A stretch of 64,000 bases of DNA from an uncultured Gammaproteobacteria bacterium (GCA_963722805.1 CAVROQ010000008.1:1160-65159), one strand, 5' to 3'. Positions 38,015-49,603 are shown, counted from the first letter of the stretch. Made by a program: numbers and translations. Notes: a model not told the origin generated them from the letters alone.

Positions 38015-38597
38015 TCAGGACAGGGTAACGCCTACCCAATTCGAGGGGTTGCTGGTAAGCCCCTGGGTATCTACTGCAATAACACGAAAACTATAGTAAC
38101 CGGGTGGTAGCTCCAAAGAGTGATTGTCTATCTGGCCGCCTTCCACATATTGTTGTTCAACTCACGCCCGGTGCCCTCTTCCGGGTGTACTCGATAATGT
38201 AACCATCCAGCTCATTGGCCCCGAGTAGCTGGCCGTTTTCGCGTTGCATCGGGATGGTCCACTCGAGAGTGACCGACTGGTAGCGTACCGGATCTGCTGG
38301 TTCAGGGCGCGACTCCGGTTGGGCCGAATACATGGTTTCCTTCGCGGGCGGCTGTTTGACCGGCTGGGTCGGAGCGGGCTGTTGTACTACCCGCTGTTCT
38401 GTCGGTTGCTTGGCAATCTCCTTTTTGGCTGGCTCGATAGGCGCGGGCTCTGGCAAAGCTTGCAAGCTTTCCGTTGGCTGGGTCCACCCGGCGAGTAAAT
38501 TGCTGTTGCTGCTGGTTGTGGTGCTCGCGGCGTCGCTATTGGTGCGACAGGCCGACAGTGAAAAGGCGATCGATAAAATGATTAAGGTTCTTAGCAT
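38015..38597 (-). pseudogene. Proline-rich lipoprotein with a C-terminal fibronectin-type-III-like domain, split by a single extra base
   Basis: Lipobox FSLSAC. The FN3-like sequence LEWTIPMQRENG..LDGYIIEYTRK stops at the TGA at 38157-38159. It continues in the +1 frame as VEQQYVEGGQIDNHSLELPPGYYSFRVIAVDTQGLTSNPSNWVGVTLS, ending at 38015. Removing T38162 fuses the two frames. Confidence 0.6.
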
Positions 38598-38755
38598 GAT
38601 TGCGCTTCCTGGCATGAAATAGTGCGGCTTTGACCAAGAGTCTAGATAAGCGCGAATCGCCTTACACGGAGTTATCGGTATGGGGTTTTGATACTGTGAT
38701 CAAATTCTCGGCGTCTATGCAATGCTGTGATCAATGTCACAGGTGCGGGCTGAGT

Positions 38756-39718
38756 TCAGGCGTTGCGATCAATCGCCATTTCAAGCAGACGTCGTAGTTC
38801 ATTTTGCAGGCCAGTGCGGGGCAGTTGCTGTAGTGTTTCTAACGCTGCGCTACGATGGCGCAGGGCGGCGGCCCGGGTGTAATCCAGCGCGTCGCACTGC
38901 TTGATCAGCGCCGAGATTTTATCGATATTAGCCGCGCTTTTCTGGCTGATAGCCTGGCGTACCAGCGCGCCATCGCTGTCGCTAGCCACTTGCATAACCC
39001 GTATTAATGGCAATGTGGGTTTACCCTCTGCCAGGTCATCGCCAATATGTTTGCCCATTTGCTCTGGCTGGCCGCTGTAATCGAGCATATCGTCGATCAG
39101 TTGGAAGGCCATGCCCAGGTGATAGCCATAGTTTTTACAGGCGGCGACGCCTTCGGGATTTAGTCCGGAGAGCAGTGCCGCCCCTTCGGTGGCAGCCTGG
39201 AATAGGGCCGCGGTTTTGCGTTTGATCACTTCGAAATAGGCATTCTCAGTGGTGCCAGGGTTGCCAGCATTTTCCAGTTGCAGTACTTCGCCCTCTGCCA
39301 CCAGGTTTGTGGTGTCTGCCATTAGCCGCATGATATCCATGTTGCCCATACGCACCATTAGCTGGAACGCGCGTGAGTAGATGAAATCGCCGACCAGCAC
39401 GCTCGGCGCATTGCCCCACTTGGCATTGGCGGTTTCCCGGCCCCGGCGCAGTGTCGAGACATCGACGACGTCGTCGTGCAGCAGGGTAGCGGTGTGTATA
39501 AACTCGACCACTGCCGAGAATTGCCGGTGGCTATTATTGATTTTGCCAATCGCACCAGCCATCAGGAGCACCAGCAGTGGGCGAATGCGTTTGCCGCCGG
39601 CATCAACGATGTAGTGGCCGATGCTTTCAACCAACCCGACATCGGAGTGCAACTCCCGAATGATGAGTGCGTTGACAGCCTCGAAGTCGTCGGCGACAGA
39701 TTGGCGGATAGCTTGCAT
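38756..39718 (-). CDS. ispB: Octaprenyl-diphosphate synthase
   Basis: Asp-rich motifs LLHDDVVDVSTLRRG and FQLIDDMLDY. 320 aa. Divergent from rplU, as in many gammaproteobacteria. Confidence 0.9.
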   Translation of the reverse strand: MQAIRQSVADDFEAVNALIIRELHSDVGLVESIGHYIVDAGGKRIRPLLVLLMAGAIGKINNSHRQFSAVVEFIHTATLLHDDVVDVSTLRRGRETANAKWGNAPSVLVGDFIYSRAFQLMVRMGNMDIMRLMADTTNLVAEGEVLQLENAGNPGTTENAYFEVIKRKTAALFQAATEGAALLSGLNPEGVAACKNYGYHLGMAFQLIDDMLDYSGQPEQMGKHIGDDLAEGKPTLPLIRVMQVASDSDGALVRQAISQKSAANIDKISALIKQCDALDYTRAAALRHRSAALETLQQLPRTGLQNELRRLLEMAIDRNA

Positions 39719-39826
39719 GGGTAAATGCCGGGTCCTGGATTGCAGCGGGCATCCTAGGTGGGGTGTCGCGGAGTGTCAAGGTTGTGACGCCGCTTTGGTG
39801 CACCTAAAATGTGTGGCGTTGCAGGC

Positions 39827-39855
39827 TTGCTCCGCTGAGAGTATTTCATTATAAT
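39827..39855 (+). promoter_or_regulatory. Candidate sigma-70 promoter for rplU-rpmA-obg
   Basis: TTGCTC at 39827-39832, a 17-nt spacer, then TATAAT at 39850-39855, about 100 nt upstream of rplU. Confidence 0.5.
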
Positions 39856-39958
39856 TCGCGCCCCTGGTAAAGGGTAGTGCTTTCCCCCCGGGCGCGGCTT
39901 GCGGGCTGGATAGACAGAAAGTAGAAAAGCGAGCCGGGTAAGGCAATTGGAGAAATGT

Positions 39959-40270
39959 ATGTACGCTGTAATCGAAAGTGGTGGTAAGCAACACCGGGTT
40001 CAGGAAGGCGAAATCCTGAAATTGGAAAAGATTGAACTGGGCGCCGGTGAGAAAGTAGAATTTGATAAGGTGATGATGCTGGGGGAGGGCGACAGCGTGA
40101 AAGTCGGCCAACCGCTGGTTGAAGGCGCTGTTGTGACAGGCGAAGTGGTTTCTCAGGGTCGCCACGACAAGATAAGCATCATCAAGTTTCGGCGTCGCAA
40201 GCACCATATGAAGCGCGCCGGGCATCGTCAGTGGTATACCGAAGTAAAAATCACCGGTATTAGTGGTTAA
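39959..40270 (+). CDS. rplU: 50S ribosomal protein L21
   Basis: Begins [17 protein letters not shown], 103 aa. Start re-called to the ATG at 39959. Confidence 0.95.
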   Translation: MYAVIESGGKQHRVQEGEILKLEKIELGAGEKVEFDKVMMLGEGDSVKVGQPLVEGAVVTGEVVSQGRHDKISIIKFRRRKHHMKRAGHRQWYTEVKITGISG

Positions 40271-40288
40271 CAGGCGGGAGATTAAACA

Positions 40289-40546
40289 ATGGCTCACAAG
40301 AAAGCAGGCGGTAGTACCCGCAATGGACGCGATTCAGAATCCAAACGATTGGGAGTGAAGCGCTACGGCGGCCAGCAAGTGGCAGCGGGCTCTATCATCG
40401 TGCGTCAGCGCGGTACCCATTTCCACCCCGGTGACAATGTGGGTTGTGGCAAAGACCATACCCTTTTCGCCAAATCTGATGGCGTGGTTGAGTTTACGGT
40501 CAAGGGTCCCAAAAAGCGCAAGTTTGTCAATATTGTTGCGGCCTGA
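40289..40546 (+). CDS. rpmA: 50S ribosomal protein L27
   Basis: Begins [24 protein letters not shown], 85 aa. Confidence 0.95.
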   Translation: MAHKKAGGSTRNGRDSESKRLGVKRYGGQQVAAGSIIVRQRGTHFHPGDNVGCGKDHTLFAKSDGVVEFTVKGPKKRKFVNIVAA

Positions 40547-40598
40547 AACCCGTTCGGGTAGTGCCCAGGCGCTGAGGCTATACCCGTAAGATCGAAAA

Positions 40599-40625
40599 GC
40601 CCCGTCATATGACGGGGCTTTTTTA
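40599..40625 (+). terminator. Rho-independent terminator or attenuator after rpmA
   Basis: The hairpin gccccgtc-atat-gacggggc is followed by tttttt. Confidence 0.7.
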
Positions 40626-40767
40626 ATTCGGTAGTATTAATGTGGTTTCGAGTCATTTGCTGCTGACCGTGGCGCGCATTTCAAGCCCTGTCTCTTCGTT
40701 GCTATGCGGGTGTTAAGTGCATTAGATCTTCATTCTCGGTGTAGGAGTGTCCAGTAAGTGCTTGTAA

Positions 40768-42075
<1,308 letters not shown>

Positions 42076-42078
42076 GCA

Positions 42079-43206
42079 ATGCAGGCTGGCCGCGACTATT
42101 TGCAGAAAACCCGTCGCTGGGTCATCAAAATTGGTAGTGCCCTGCTCACTGCCGATGGCCAGGGTTTAGATAAGCACGCCATTGCTACCTGGGTGGCGCA
42201 AATTGCCAACTTGCGGCAGCAGGGCATAGAAGTGGTGCTAGTGTCATCGGGGGCAGTGGCTGCTGGCCTGTCGCGCCTCGGTTGGTCAAAGCGGCCGCAA
42301 GCGATTCACGACCTGCAGGCCGCCGCCGCGGTTGGGCAAATGGGGTTGATCCAAACCTGGGAAGCGGCTTTTGCCCAGCACCAGTTGCATACTGCGCAGA
42401 TATTGCTGGTGCACGACGATCTGTCTAATCGCCAGCGTTACCTGAATGCCCGGCGCACCTTGCAAACGCTATTGGCGCTGGGCGTGATTCCAGTCGTCAA
42501 TGAGAACGACACCGTCGCCACCGACGAGATTCGCTTTGGCGACAACGATACCCTCGGGGGCGTGGTCGCCAACCTGATTGACGCTGATCTGCTGACGATT
42601 CTAACCGACCAGTCTGGCTTATATGAGCAAGATCCCCGTCAATTTCCCGCTGCGAAGCTGATTGTGCAGACAGAGGCCAGTGATTCCCGGCTGGATGAAT
42701 ACGCGCGCGGTCCAGCGGGTTCGTTAGGGCGGGGCGGTATGTTGACCAAGTTGAAAGCCGCAAGATTGGCAGCCCGCTCGGGGGCGCATACCGTTATTGC
42801 CGGCGGTCGCGAGGCGAATGTGCTACTGGATATTGCTGCGGGCGCCAAGGTGGGCAGCTGGTTGCAGGCCGAACAGCGTCCGATTGCGGCGCGCAAACGC
42901 TGGTTAGAAAGCCATCTCAAGATACGCGGTGTATTACACCTCGATGTTGGCGCGGCGAAAGTTGTGCAACAGTCAGGCCGCAGCCTGTTACCGGTTGGGG
43001 TGGTAAAAGTCGAGGGCAAGTTTGGCCGCGGCGAGATGGTGTCTTGCGTCGACCCCTCGGGTGTCGAAATTGCCCGTGGCCTGGTAAACTACGACGCCGA
43101 TGAGGCGCGGCGGATTACAGGTGTAAGCAGTGAGCGCATCGCTGCGGTGTTAGGCTATCACGACGACGACGAGCTGATACACCGCGACAACCTGGTGGTG
43201 TTGTAG
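42079..43206 (+). CDS. proB: Glutamate 5-kinase
   Basis: Motifs [10 protein letters not shown] and [20 protein letters not shown], with a C-terminal PUA domain. 375 aa. Confidence 0.9.
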   Translation: MQAGRDYLQKTRRWVIKIGSALLTADGQGLDKHAIATWVAQIANLRQQGIEVVLVSSGAVAAGLSRLGWSKRPQAIHDLQAAAAVGQMGLIQTWEAAFAQHQLHTAQILLVHDDLSNRQRYLNARRTLQTLLALGVIPVVNENDTVATDEIRFGDNDTLGGVVANLIDADLLTILTDQSGLYEQDPRQFPAAKLIVQTEASDSRLDEYARGPAGSLGRGGMLTKLKAARLAARSGAHTVIAGGREANVLLDIAAGAKVGSWLQAEQRPIAARKRWLESHLKIRGVLHLDVGAAKVVQQSGRSLLPVGVVKVEGKFGRGEMVSCVDPSGVEIARGLVNYDADEARRITGVSSERIAAVLGYHDDDELIHRDNLVVL

Positions 43207-43222
43207 TTGTAGGCCGCCATAG

Positions 43223-43253
43223 AAAAAGCCGCGTTTGAGATCGCGGCTTTTTC
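43223..43253. terminator. Bidirectional rho-independent terminator between proB and rpsT
   Basis: Read directly: aaaaagccgcg-tttgagat-cgcggcttttt, with A/T runs on both sides. Confidence 0.75.
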
Positions 43254-43343
43254 TATGCGGGGTAGGGCGAAAGCAGTGGGCAGGCATCTCGGGTGCCGGC
43301 AGTTGCAGTACTCGCGACTACCGTGACCGAAGCAGGCTGTAAA

Positions 43344-43607
43344 TCAGGCCATTGCCTTAACTTGCGCGTTCAGGCGGCTCTTGTGCCGCGATGCTTTATT
43401 CTTGTGCAGTATGCCCTTGTCGGCCATGCGATCAATGACTGGCACGGCTTCTGCGTAAGCTTTTTGCGCTGCTGCCTTGTCGCCGCTGGCGGTAGCCGCA
43501 TTCACTTTTTTGATGTAGGTACGCACCATGGAGCTCAAGCTCGCATTATGGCGGCGACGAACTTCTGTCTGGCGTGCGCGCTTTTTTGCCTGGGGTGAGT
43601 TTGCCAC
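43344..43607 (-). CDS. rpsT: 30S ribosomal protein S20
   Basis: Begins [21 protein letters not shown], 87 aa. Confidence 0.95.
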   Translation of the reverse strand: MANSPQAKKRARQTEVRRRHNASLSSMVRTYIKKVNAATASGDKAAAQKAYAEAVPVIDRMADKGILHKNKASRHKSRLNAQVKAMA

Positions 43608-43747
43608 GGGTATTCCTCGGTCAATAAATTGGAGGGCGGATTATTCCGATTTGGCCCCTACTTGTCAATATTTCTGGGCTATTCCTTGAAAATAGAGCGG
43701 CTGAGCCTGTTCTCAAGAGCAGATGCGCTTTAAAGGTGGCTCTTTAG

Positions 43748-44122
43748 CTACCCGCACCAGCGCTGCCAGGCGATCATGCCCCAAACCAGCAACACAGTCA
43801 TGTTGCTGACAAATACCAGCGCAGAACCAAGGTCTTTGGCCTGCCCTGAAAGCGGGTGATGTTCGGCCCCAATCCTGTCGACGATGGATTCGATGGCGGT
43901 ATTGGTCAGCTCGGCAAAGATGACCATGATGCAACTGAGCAGTAGCAGTAGGGTCTCCACCGTAGTCTGACCCAACCAGAAGGCGGCAGGAAATAGTACC
44001 AGCGCCAGCAGCATCTCCTGGCGAAAGGCCTCTTCCTGCTGCCAGGCTGCGCGAAAGCCCTTGAAGGAGAAGGCTGTGGCGGCTGCCAGGCGCTTTATGC
44101 CGCGGTTGCCGGGTTTGCTCAT
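43748..44122 (-). CDS. dgkA: Diacylglycerol kinase
   Basis: Motifs GIKRLAAATAFSFKGFRAAWQQEEAFRQE and AELTNTAIESIVDRIG. The start at M25 of the track ORF gives about 124 aa. Confidence 0.85.
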   Translation of the reverse strand: MSKPGNRGIKRLAAATAFSFKGFRAAWQQEEAFRQEMLLALVLFPAAFWLGQTTVETLLLLLSCIMVIFAELTNTAIESIVDRIGAEHHPLSGQAKDLGSALVFVSNMTVLLVWGMIAWQRWCG

Positions 44123-44309
44123 GTTGGCTTTATTGGGATCGTGGTTCTGATCAGGGCCGTTATCGCTGTTAGTTTGATGGTGGCTAAGGTCCATGGGGGT
44201 GTGCGGCTCCGGTATGCTCAGGGCTTGTGCGTGACGGCGATGATTGTATCAGGCTTCAAGCGGGCGCAGGGTGACGTTTGCCCCTCTGCCGTGACATAGA
44301 GCTTGAATA

Positions 44310-44768
44310 TCAGGGTTGCAGCTTGGTGTCGGCAAGCAATAAATGCTGGTTCAGTTCGCCCACGAGCTCGGTGGTCATATGACGCTCGCTAAACCACCAT
44401 TGGCCGTCGATTTTTTGCAATTTGTCGTGATAGCGACCGCAAATGATGGCTTGTAATGTCAGTCCGGGCACCGCTTGCAGTACCGTAAAGCGGCTGCGAC
44501 ACTGGGCGCTCGTGCCGTCCGGGTCGAGCTCGATAATCGGGTTGGCCACCAGATGCTGGGTATGGGGTGTGCCGTTGTCCGGGTAGATGCGGGTAGCGGC
44601 GCGGTACATCGCCAGCACCGCGGCCTCGCCTGCGGCGGCGTCGGGCATGCCTGCAGCGCTGATGCGGCCGTGGGTAAATAGCAAAGCCAGCTGCTCCAGA
44701 TTGCCGTCATCAATGCACTCGGCGTAGCGGTAGAGCAATTGCTCGATGGCGCGATAGTCGTATTCCAC
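44310..44768 (-). CDS. SnoaL-like / NTF2-fold protein
   Basis: 152 aa. The N-terminal IEQLLYRYAECIDDGNLEQLALLF pattern is typical of SnoaL_4/NTF2-like proteins. Confidence 0.55.
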   Translation of the reverse strand: MEYDYRAIEQLLYRYAECIDDGNLEQLALLFTHGRISAAGMPDAAAGEAAVLAMYRAATRIYPDNGTPHTQHLVANPIIELDPDGTSAQCRSRFTVLQAVPGLTLQAIICGRYHDKLQKIDGQWWFSERHMTTELVGELNQHLLLADTKLQP

Positions 44769-44787
44769 AGGGTCTAATCCCGCACTG

Positions 44788-46329
44788 TTACGACAACCAT
44801 TTGCCCAGCGGCGTGCCCCACAGCAAGCGCATAAATTTCTTCATGCCTTCAATCTTCTTGGCGGTGTAGGGGTAGCCCGAGGGCAGGTTTTTACCGCCGA
44901 AGCGTTCGATCAGAACCGGCACCGCATGACAGTAGCCGCGTATACCTACCTCGCCGTTGACCCGGCCGACGCCGCTTTCCTTAACCCCACCAAAAGGCGC
45001 CGCGGGTATGCCGTAGGTCATCGCCATATCGTTAACGCTGATGCCGCCAGTTTCAACCTGCTCGGCTAGTTCAACGGCATGGCGGGTATTTTTACTCCAG
45101 ACATTACCATTGAGACCATAGCGGGAGTCGTTGGCCAGCCGCAGCGCCTCGTGCTCGTCCTTGACTCGCTGAACGCAAACAATGGGGCCGAAAGTTTCAT
45201 CGGTCATGATTTTCATGCCGTGATCGACCTCAGTCATTACCGTGGGCTGGTAGTAGAGGCCGGCAAGGTCCGGGTTGCGTGCTCCTCCGACCAGAATGCG
45301 GGCGCCTTTGGCCACGGCGTCTTGCACGTGATCTTCAATAATACTCATCTGGCGATCCCAGAATACCGCACCCACATCCTCCTCGTAGCCCAGGTCACTA
45401 CCCTGACGCAGTGTTTTCACCAGCGCCACAACCTTGGCGAGAAATTCGTCGTAGACGTGCTCGACCACGTAAATGCGCTCGGTGCCACAGCAATAATGGC
45501 CAGTATTCATGCATGAACCGATCACGGCTCCGGCGGCCGCGCGGTCGAGGTCGGCGTCATCACAGACAATCATTGCGTCTTTGCCACCCAGTTCCAGGGT
45601 GCAGGGAATCAGCTGGCGGCCGCAGGCCTCGGCTACTTTCCGGCCGGTATTGACGCTGCCGGTAAAGGCAATTTTATCGACCCTCGCCTCGCATAGCCGG
45701 GCACCGGTCTCACCGTCGCCAAGCAGCACTTGCAGCACGCCCTCGGGTAGGCCCGCCTCGGTAAAAATTTCTTCAACCAACTTGGTGGAGTAGGGCGTCA
45801 CTTCCGAGGCCTTAATAAGCACGGTGTTGCCGGCCATCAGCGCCTGTACCGCCGGGTTCATTCCCAGCACCACGGGTCCATTCCACGGCACGATAATGCC
45901 GGCGACGCCCAGCGGCTTGTAGTTAATCTTCACCTTCTTGGTAATGCCAAGTACGCCGTGTACCCGTTTAAACTGCGGTTTGAGAAATTTTTTCGCATTT
46001 TTGGCGTAGTAGCACAGCGAGTCGCAGCAGGACCAGACTTCCATGCTGAAGGCGTCGGCCCGGGCCTTGCCGGTTTCTGCTACGACGCGTTCAACGATGT
46101 CGTCGGCTCGGTCCATCATGACCTGCAGCGCTGCATCCATGTAGGCAGCACGTTGTGCAAACGACAGCGCGGCCCAGGCCGGCTGGGCCTGGCGGGCCCT
46201 GCTGACGGCAGTGGCTACATCTTCCCGGTTGGCGCATACCAGGGTGCCGGTTGGCTCGAGAGTGATGGGGCTGCGAAGCTGCAACACCCGTCTACCGTGC
46301 TCGGTTTCCAGTAGTTCATAAATTGACAT
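44788..46329 (-). CDS. NAD(P)-dependent aldehyde dehydrogenase family protein
   Basis: Motifs FTGSVNTGRKV and LELGGKDAMIV, a catalytic-Cys region NTGHYCCGTERIYV, and PFGGVKESG. Start re-called to the ATG at 46329 (MSIYELL). Confidence 0.85.
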   Translation of the reverse strand: MSIYELLETEHGRRVLQLRSPITLEPTGTLVCANREDVATAVSRARQAQPAWAALSFAQRAAYMDAALQVMMDRADDIVERVVAETGKARADAFSMEVWSCCDSLCYYAKNAKKFLKPQFKRVHGVLGITKKVKINYKPLGVAGIIVPWNGPVVLGMNPAVQALMAGNTVLIKASEVTPYSTKLVEEIFTEAGLPEGVLQVLLGDGETGARLCEARVDKIAFTGSVNTGRKVAEACGRQLIPCTLELGGKDAMIVCDDADLDRAAAGAVIGSCMNTGHYCCGTERIYVVEHVYDEFLAKVVALVKTLRQGSDLGYEEDVGAVFWDRQMSIIEDHVQDAVAKGARILVGGARNPDLAGLYYQPTVMTEVDHGMKIMTDETFGPIVCVQRVKDEHEALRLANDSRYGLNGNVWSKNTRHAVELAEQVETGGISVNDMAMTYGIPAAPFGGVKESGVGRVNGEVGIRGYCHAVPVLIERFGGKNLPSGYPYTAKKIEGMKKFMRLLWGTPLGKWLS

Positions 46330-46421
46330 TTTTTGACTCCCGGGCAAGGTGCTGTCGTTGTCACGGATGCAAGTAAGCTGGCTTGCGCGCCACCCCTGCA
46401 GCGTCTGCTGCCCCATTGTTA

Positions 46422-46826
46422 TTATTGATCGCCACACGCCTGCCTGGCGGCTGCCAGTTGCCAGCGGTGACAAGCATCGCGGGATTGATGACTAACACAC
46501 CAATCCCTGCGGTTGTCCCAAGCCGTAATCATGTGAGCCTCGCCGTTCGAGCATTGCACTGTATATAGAGCGTATTTTTTGCCTTCCTCGGTACTGGCAT
46601 AGCGTTCAAAGTTGATTTTGGTTGGCGTTGCTCCCTGCGCCACGCCGGTGCAAAGCGTGCCCAGCATAATGCCAAGGTAGGTCAGCCTTGCTGTCAGAGA
46701 CCGGTATCTTGTGTGCCGTGCCGGGGTTGCACTCGTCAGGCTCGACACCTGTACTTGGGTCTGGATAATATGTGGTGGCATTGGGTTGTGCGGTCTCGAT
46801 GCAATGAAATCTGAGAGTGCGGCCAT
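46422..46826 (-). CDS. Hypothetical small secreted Cys-containing protein (start uncertain)
   Basis: Signal-like segment LTYLGIMLGTLCTGVAQG followed by about 70 aa containing 4 Cys. No family recognised. Confidence 0.3.
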   Translation of the reverse strand: MAALSDFIASRPHNPMPPHIIQTQVQVSSLTSATPARHTRYRSLTARLTYLGIMLGTLCTGVAQGATPTKINFERYASTEEGKKYALYTVQCSNGEAHMITAWDNRRDWCVSHQSRDACHRWQLAAARQACGDQ

Positions 46827-46945
46827 AGCGTCATCTCTCGAGGAGTCTACTGCCTGCAGGGAATCGATTCGCTTAATTATTGGTCATGGATGCGAAGCCC
46901 GGGCTGAACGCACAACAGTAGGGTGCAGCGCCGGGCTATAGGGTT

Positions 46946-47536
46946 TTACCGGGGTGGAGCTATCGGCGGGAAATTTTCAAACATTTTGGACAAGGCCTGG
47001 CGCAGTTCCTGCTCTTTCTGGGTGGGGCTTGCCGATTGGTCCAGTATACTGTCGGCGGTCCCCCGCCACACCAGTTGGTTGCTGGCGGCGTCGACAATAT
47101 CGATCACAATCGCTCCCTCGGTATAATAACTCACCGAGGTTTGCGAGCCGCCCACGCCCCAGGCTCCGTAGCCATAACCGTAGTAGCCCCAGCCCGGGCC
47201 GTAGCCACCGTAGGTGTTATAAGTGTTGATCGACACGCGCTCTTCCGTAATCACCGAATAATTGACGTAGAAGTCGGGGTCGGGACCCGGGAGCATGCCC
47301 CTGGAGGCAAGGGTTTCCTCGGTGACCCGTTTAATCCGTGCGGCGAAAATGTCGCCCCCCATGGCATCCAGCGCCGCATTTTTCTGGACCCCGTCGGGGT
47401 GCCACTGATAGCTGCGATACTGGCTAAAATCCTGTTCCAGCGCGTAGTCGGTGCTGACATCAATAGTGGTGCAGCCTGTAATCGTCACTACCATACACAG
47501 TAGTGTTGACAGCGACATTAATGGCAAACCTTTCAT
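46946..47536 (-). CDS. DUF4136-family lipoprotein
   Basis: Lipobox VTITGC. C-terminal LVWRGTA...FENFPP pattern. Internal Gly/Tyr-rich segment YNTYGGYGPGWGYYGYGYGAWGVGG. Confidence 0.65.
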   Translation of the reverse strand: MKGLPLMSLSTLLCMVVTITGCTTIDVSTDYALEQDFSQYRSYQWHPDGVQKNAALDAMGGDIFAARIKRVTEETLASRGMLPGPDPDFYVNYSVITEERVSINTYNTYGGYGPGWGYYGYGYGAWGVGGSQTSVSYYTEGAIVIDIVDAASNQLVWRGTADSILDQSASPTQKEQELRQALSKMFENFPPIAPPR

Positions 47537-47563
47537 CCTATCTATCCCCGATCTTGCATTGAG

Positions 47564-48196
47564 TTACTGTGGTTTGGGCGGAAAATTGGCCAGGATTTTC
47601 GCGATCAGCTCCTGGGTGCCCTTTTCCCGCTGTTCAGGCTTGGCGTTCTTCGGTATTCGTCCCTCGGCGGTCCCGCGCCACACCAGGGTGTCATTCTCGG
47701 GAAGTACGATGTCGACAATTAATTGGCCCTGTTTGTAGTTGACGACCTGGGTAGTGGTGGTGCCCATACCCATACCCATACCGCCATAGCCATAGTGACC
47801 ATAGTAGCCGAAGCCCGGAGCCATTCCGCCATAGGTATTGTAGGTATTGATGTCTTGCCGATCCTGTGTCAGCACATCGTAGTTGACCTTGAAATCTACC
47901 GGCCCTTCGCTCTTCAGGACAAAGCCCTTGGCCTGTAACTGGGCATCGATATTGTAGCGCACGCGCTTGTCAAAAATGTCGCCGCCCAGGTAATCGAGTG
48001 ATCTCGGGTCGCGCAGCGCGATATCATACCAGCTGTAGGTTTTAAAGGCGCTGAAGTCGGTTTCCGGGGTGTAGTCCGACTCTACCTTGACGGGATTGGA
48101 GCATCCGGCCAAAAACAGTAGTGCAAGCAGCGCTGGTAGTGTTCGAGCGGTTAACATTGACATCTCCATCGGGTTACTAAGCATATGATTTGACAA
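47564..48196 (-). CDS. DUF4136-family lipoprotein (paralog of the preceding gene)
   Basis: Lipobox LFLAGC. TLVWRGTAEG...ILANFPP. Gly/Tyr/Met-rich segment YNTYGGMAPGFGYYGHYGYGGMGMGMG. The true start is probably one of the internal Met codons. Confidence 0.65.
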   Translation of the reverse strand: MSNHMLSNPMEMSMLTARTLPALLALLFLAGCSNPVKVESDYTPETDFSAFKTYSWYDIALRDPRSLDYLGGDIFDKRVRYNIDAQLQAKGFVLKSEGPVDFKVNYDVLTQDRQDINTYNTYGGMAPGFGYYGHYGYGGMGMGMGTTTTQVVNYKQGQLIVDIVLPENDTLVWRGTAEGRIPKNAKPEQREKGTQELIAKILANFPPKPQ

Positions 48197-48369
48197 TCAT
48201 ACCTGCTAAAAAGTTGCGGCGGAAATAGTTTGCGTTGACCGGTGTGCGGTAATTTTCGCTATTCAGTGGTCCGGATGACCGTCGCTGCGGGTGCTAAATG
48301 GATGACGCGAGAGCCGCTATCGGTTAAGGTTCGCGTCCTTGATCTCATTTCATAATCGACGTTCACAGC

Positions 48370-49530
48370 ATGGATACCTATAGCGATATTCGTCCCTATA
48401 ACGACAGCGAAGTAAGGCCGGTCCTCGAGCGCTTGCTGTCACATCCCGAATTTCCGGGGGCGATATGTCGCCTCAAGTTTCCGCAATTGGCAGGTCCGCT
48501 GGGCTGGCTGCTGGAACCGATCGTGGTGCGAGTATTGCGCTGGCAATTGCGCCAGGTAATCGACGTCCAATCTATGCAGCTCGTGGTCAAGCGCTACATG
48601 GATGCGATGATCGAGCAGACCACGGCCGGCTTCACCGTCTCCGGTATCGAAAGCTTGCAAGCGGGAAAGGCCTACTTGTTTATGAGCAATCACCGGGACA
48701 TCGCACTCGACCCGGCATTTATCAATTATTCGCTGTATCGCAACGGGCACGACACAGTGCGCATTGCGATTGGTGACAACCTGTTGACCAAAGATTACGC
48801 CTCTGACCTGATGCGTTTGAACAAGAGCTTTATTGTGCGGCGCTCAGCCAAGGGTGCACGACAGGTGCTGGCCGCCTACCGCCAGCTGTCCAGCTACGTG
48901 CGCATGTCGCTGACCGAAGAGCAAAAGCCGGTGTGGATTGCCCAGCGGGAGGGCAGGGCCAAAGATGGTTTCGATGAGACTGACCCGACCATTATCAAAA
49001 TGTTGGCGATGAGCCAGGTGAAAAATGAAGAGAGTTTCGCAGACTTTGTTCGTCTGTTGCATATTGTGCCGGTGTCGATATCTTATCAATACGATCCGCT
49101 GGATGAGGCTAAAGCCGTCGAGCTTTATACCCGCGACAAGCAGGGCAAATATGAAAAAGGCGAGCAGGAGGACGTCCAGAATATTGCGCGGGGTATCACC
49201 GGTCACAAAGGCGCGGTGCATGTGGCCTACGGCACGCCCATTGATCATGACTGCAATGACCCCAACCAAGTCGCCGCTGCCATCGACCATCAGGTGATTG
49301 CCAACTACGTATTGCACCCAAGCAACTATTTTGCCTACCAGCGCTTGTACGGTCACTATCCTGAAGGGTTTTGCGGCGGCGCACAGCGGCCCTTTGTCGC
49401 CAGCCAATACCCTGAGGACGAGGAGAAGTTCAGTGCCCGCCTGGCCGCCATGCCCGAGTATTTGCGTCCTTATGTGCTCAAGATGTACGCCAACTGTATC
49501 CTGCGCAAGCAGGAACTGGGCATGATGTAA
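48370..49530 (+). CDS. Glycerolipid acyltransferase family protein (PlsC-like domain)
   Basis: H-X4-D motif SNHRDIALDP and a downstream AQREGRAKDG block. 386 aa. Confidence 0.65.
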   Translation: MDTYSDIRPYNDSEVRPVLERLLSHPEFPGAICRLKFPQLAGPLGWLLEPIVVRVLRWQLRQVIDVQSMQLVVKRYMDAMIEQTTAGFTVSGIESLQAGKAYLFMSNHRDIALDPAFINYSLYRNGHDTVRIAIGDNLLTKDYASDLMRLNKSFIVRRSAKGARQVLAAYRQLSSYVRMSLTEEQKPVWIAQREGRAKDGFDETDPTIIKMLAMSQVKNEESFADFVRLLHIVPVSISYQYDPLDEAKAVELYTRDKQGKYEKGEQEDVQNIARGITGHKGAVHVAYGTPIDHDCNDPNQVAAAIDHQVIANYVLHPSNYFAYQRLYGHYPEGFCGGAQRPFVASQYPEDEEKFSARLAAMPEYLRPYVLKMYANCILRKQELGMM

Positions 49531-49603
49531 GGCCGCTAATCTTTTAATTTCTCTCGCAGGATCACTTCCATTGAACGACGACGATGATTGGCAGGAACAG
49601 GCA

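Noticed and set aside
39856-39958. Structured leader upstream of rplU (cgcgccc ... gggcgcg stem) considered as a ribosomal-protein autoregulatory leader
   Set aside because: Only a single 7-bp stem is visible, and I cannot match it to a described L21-leader structure from sequence alone. I kept only the promoter call.
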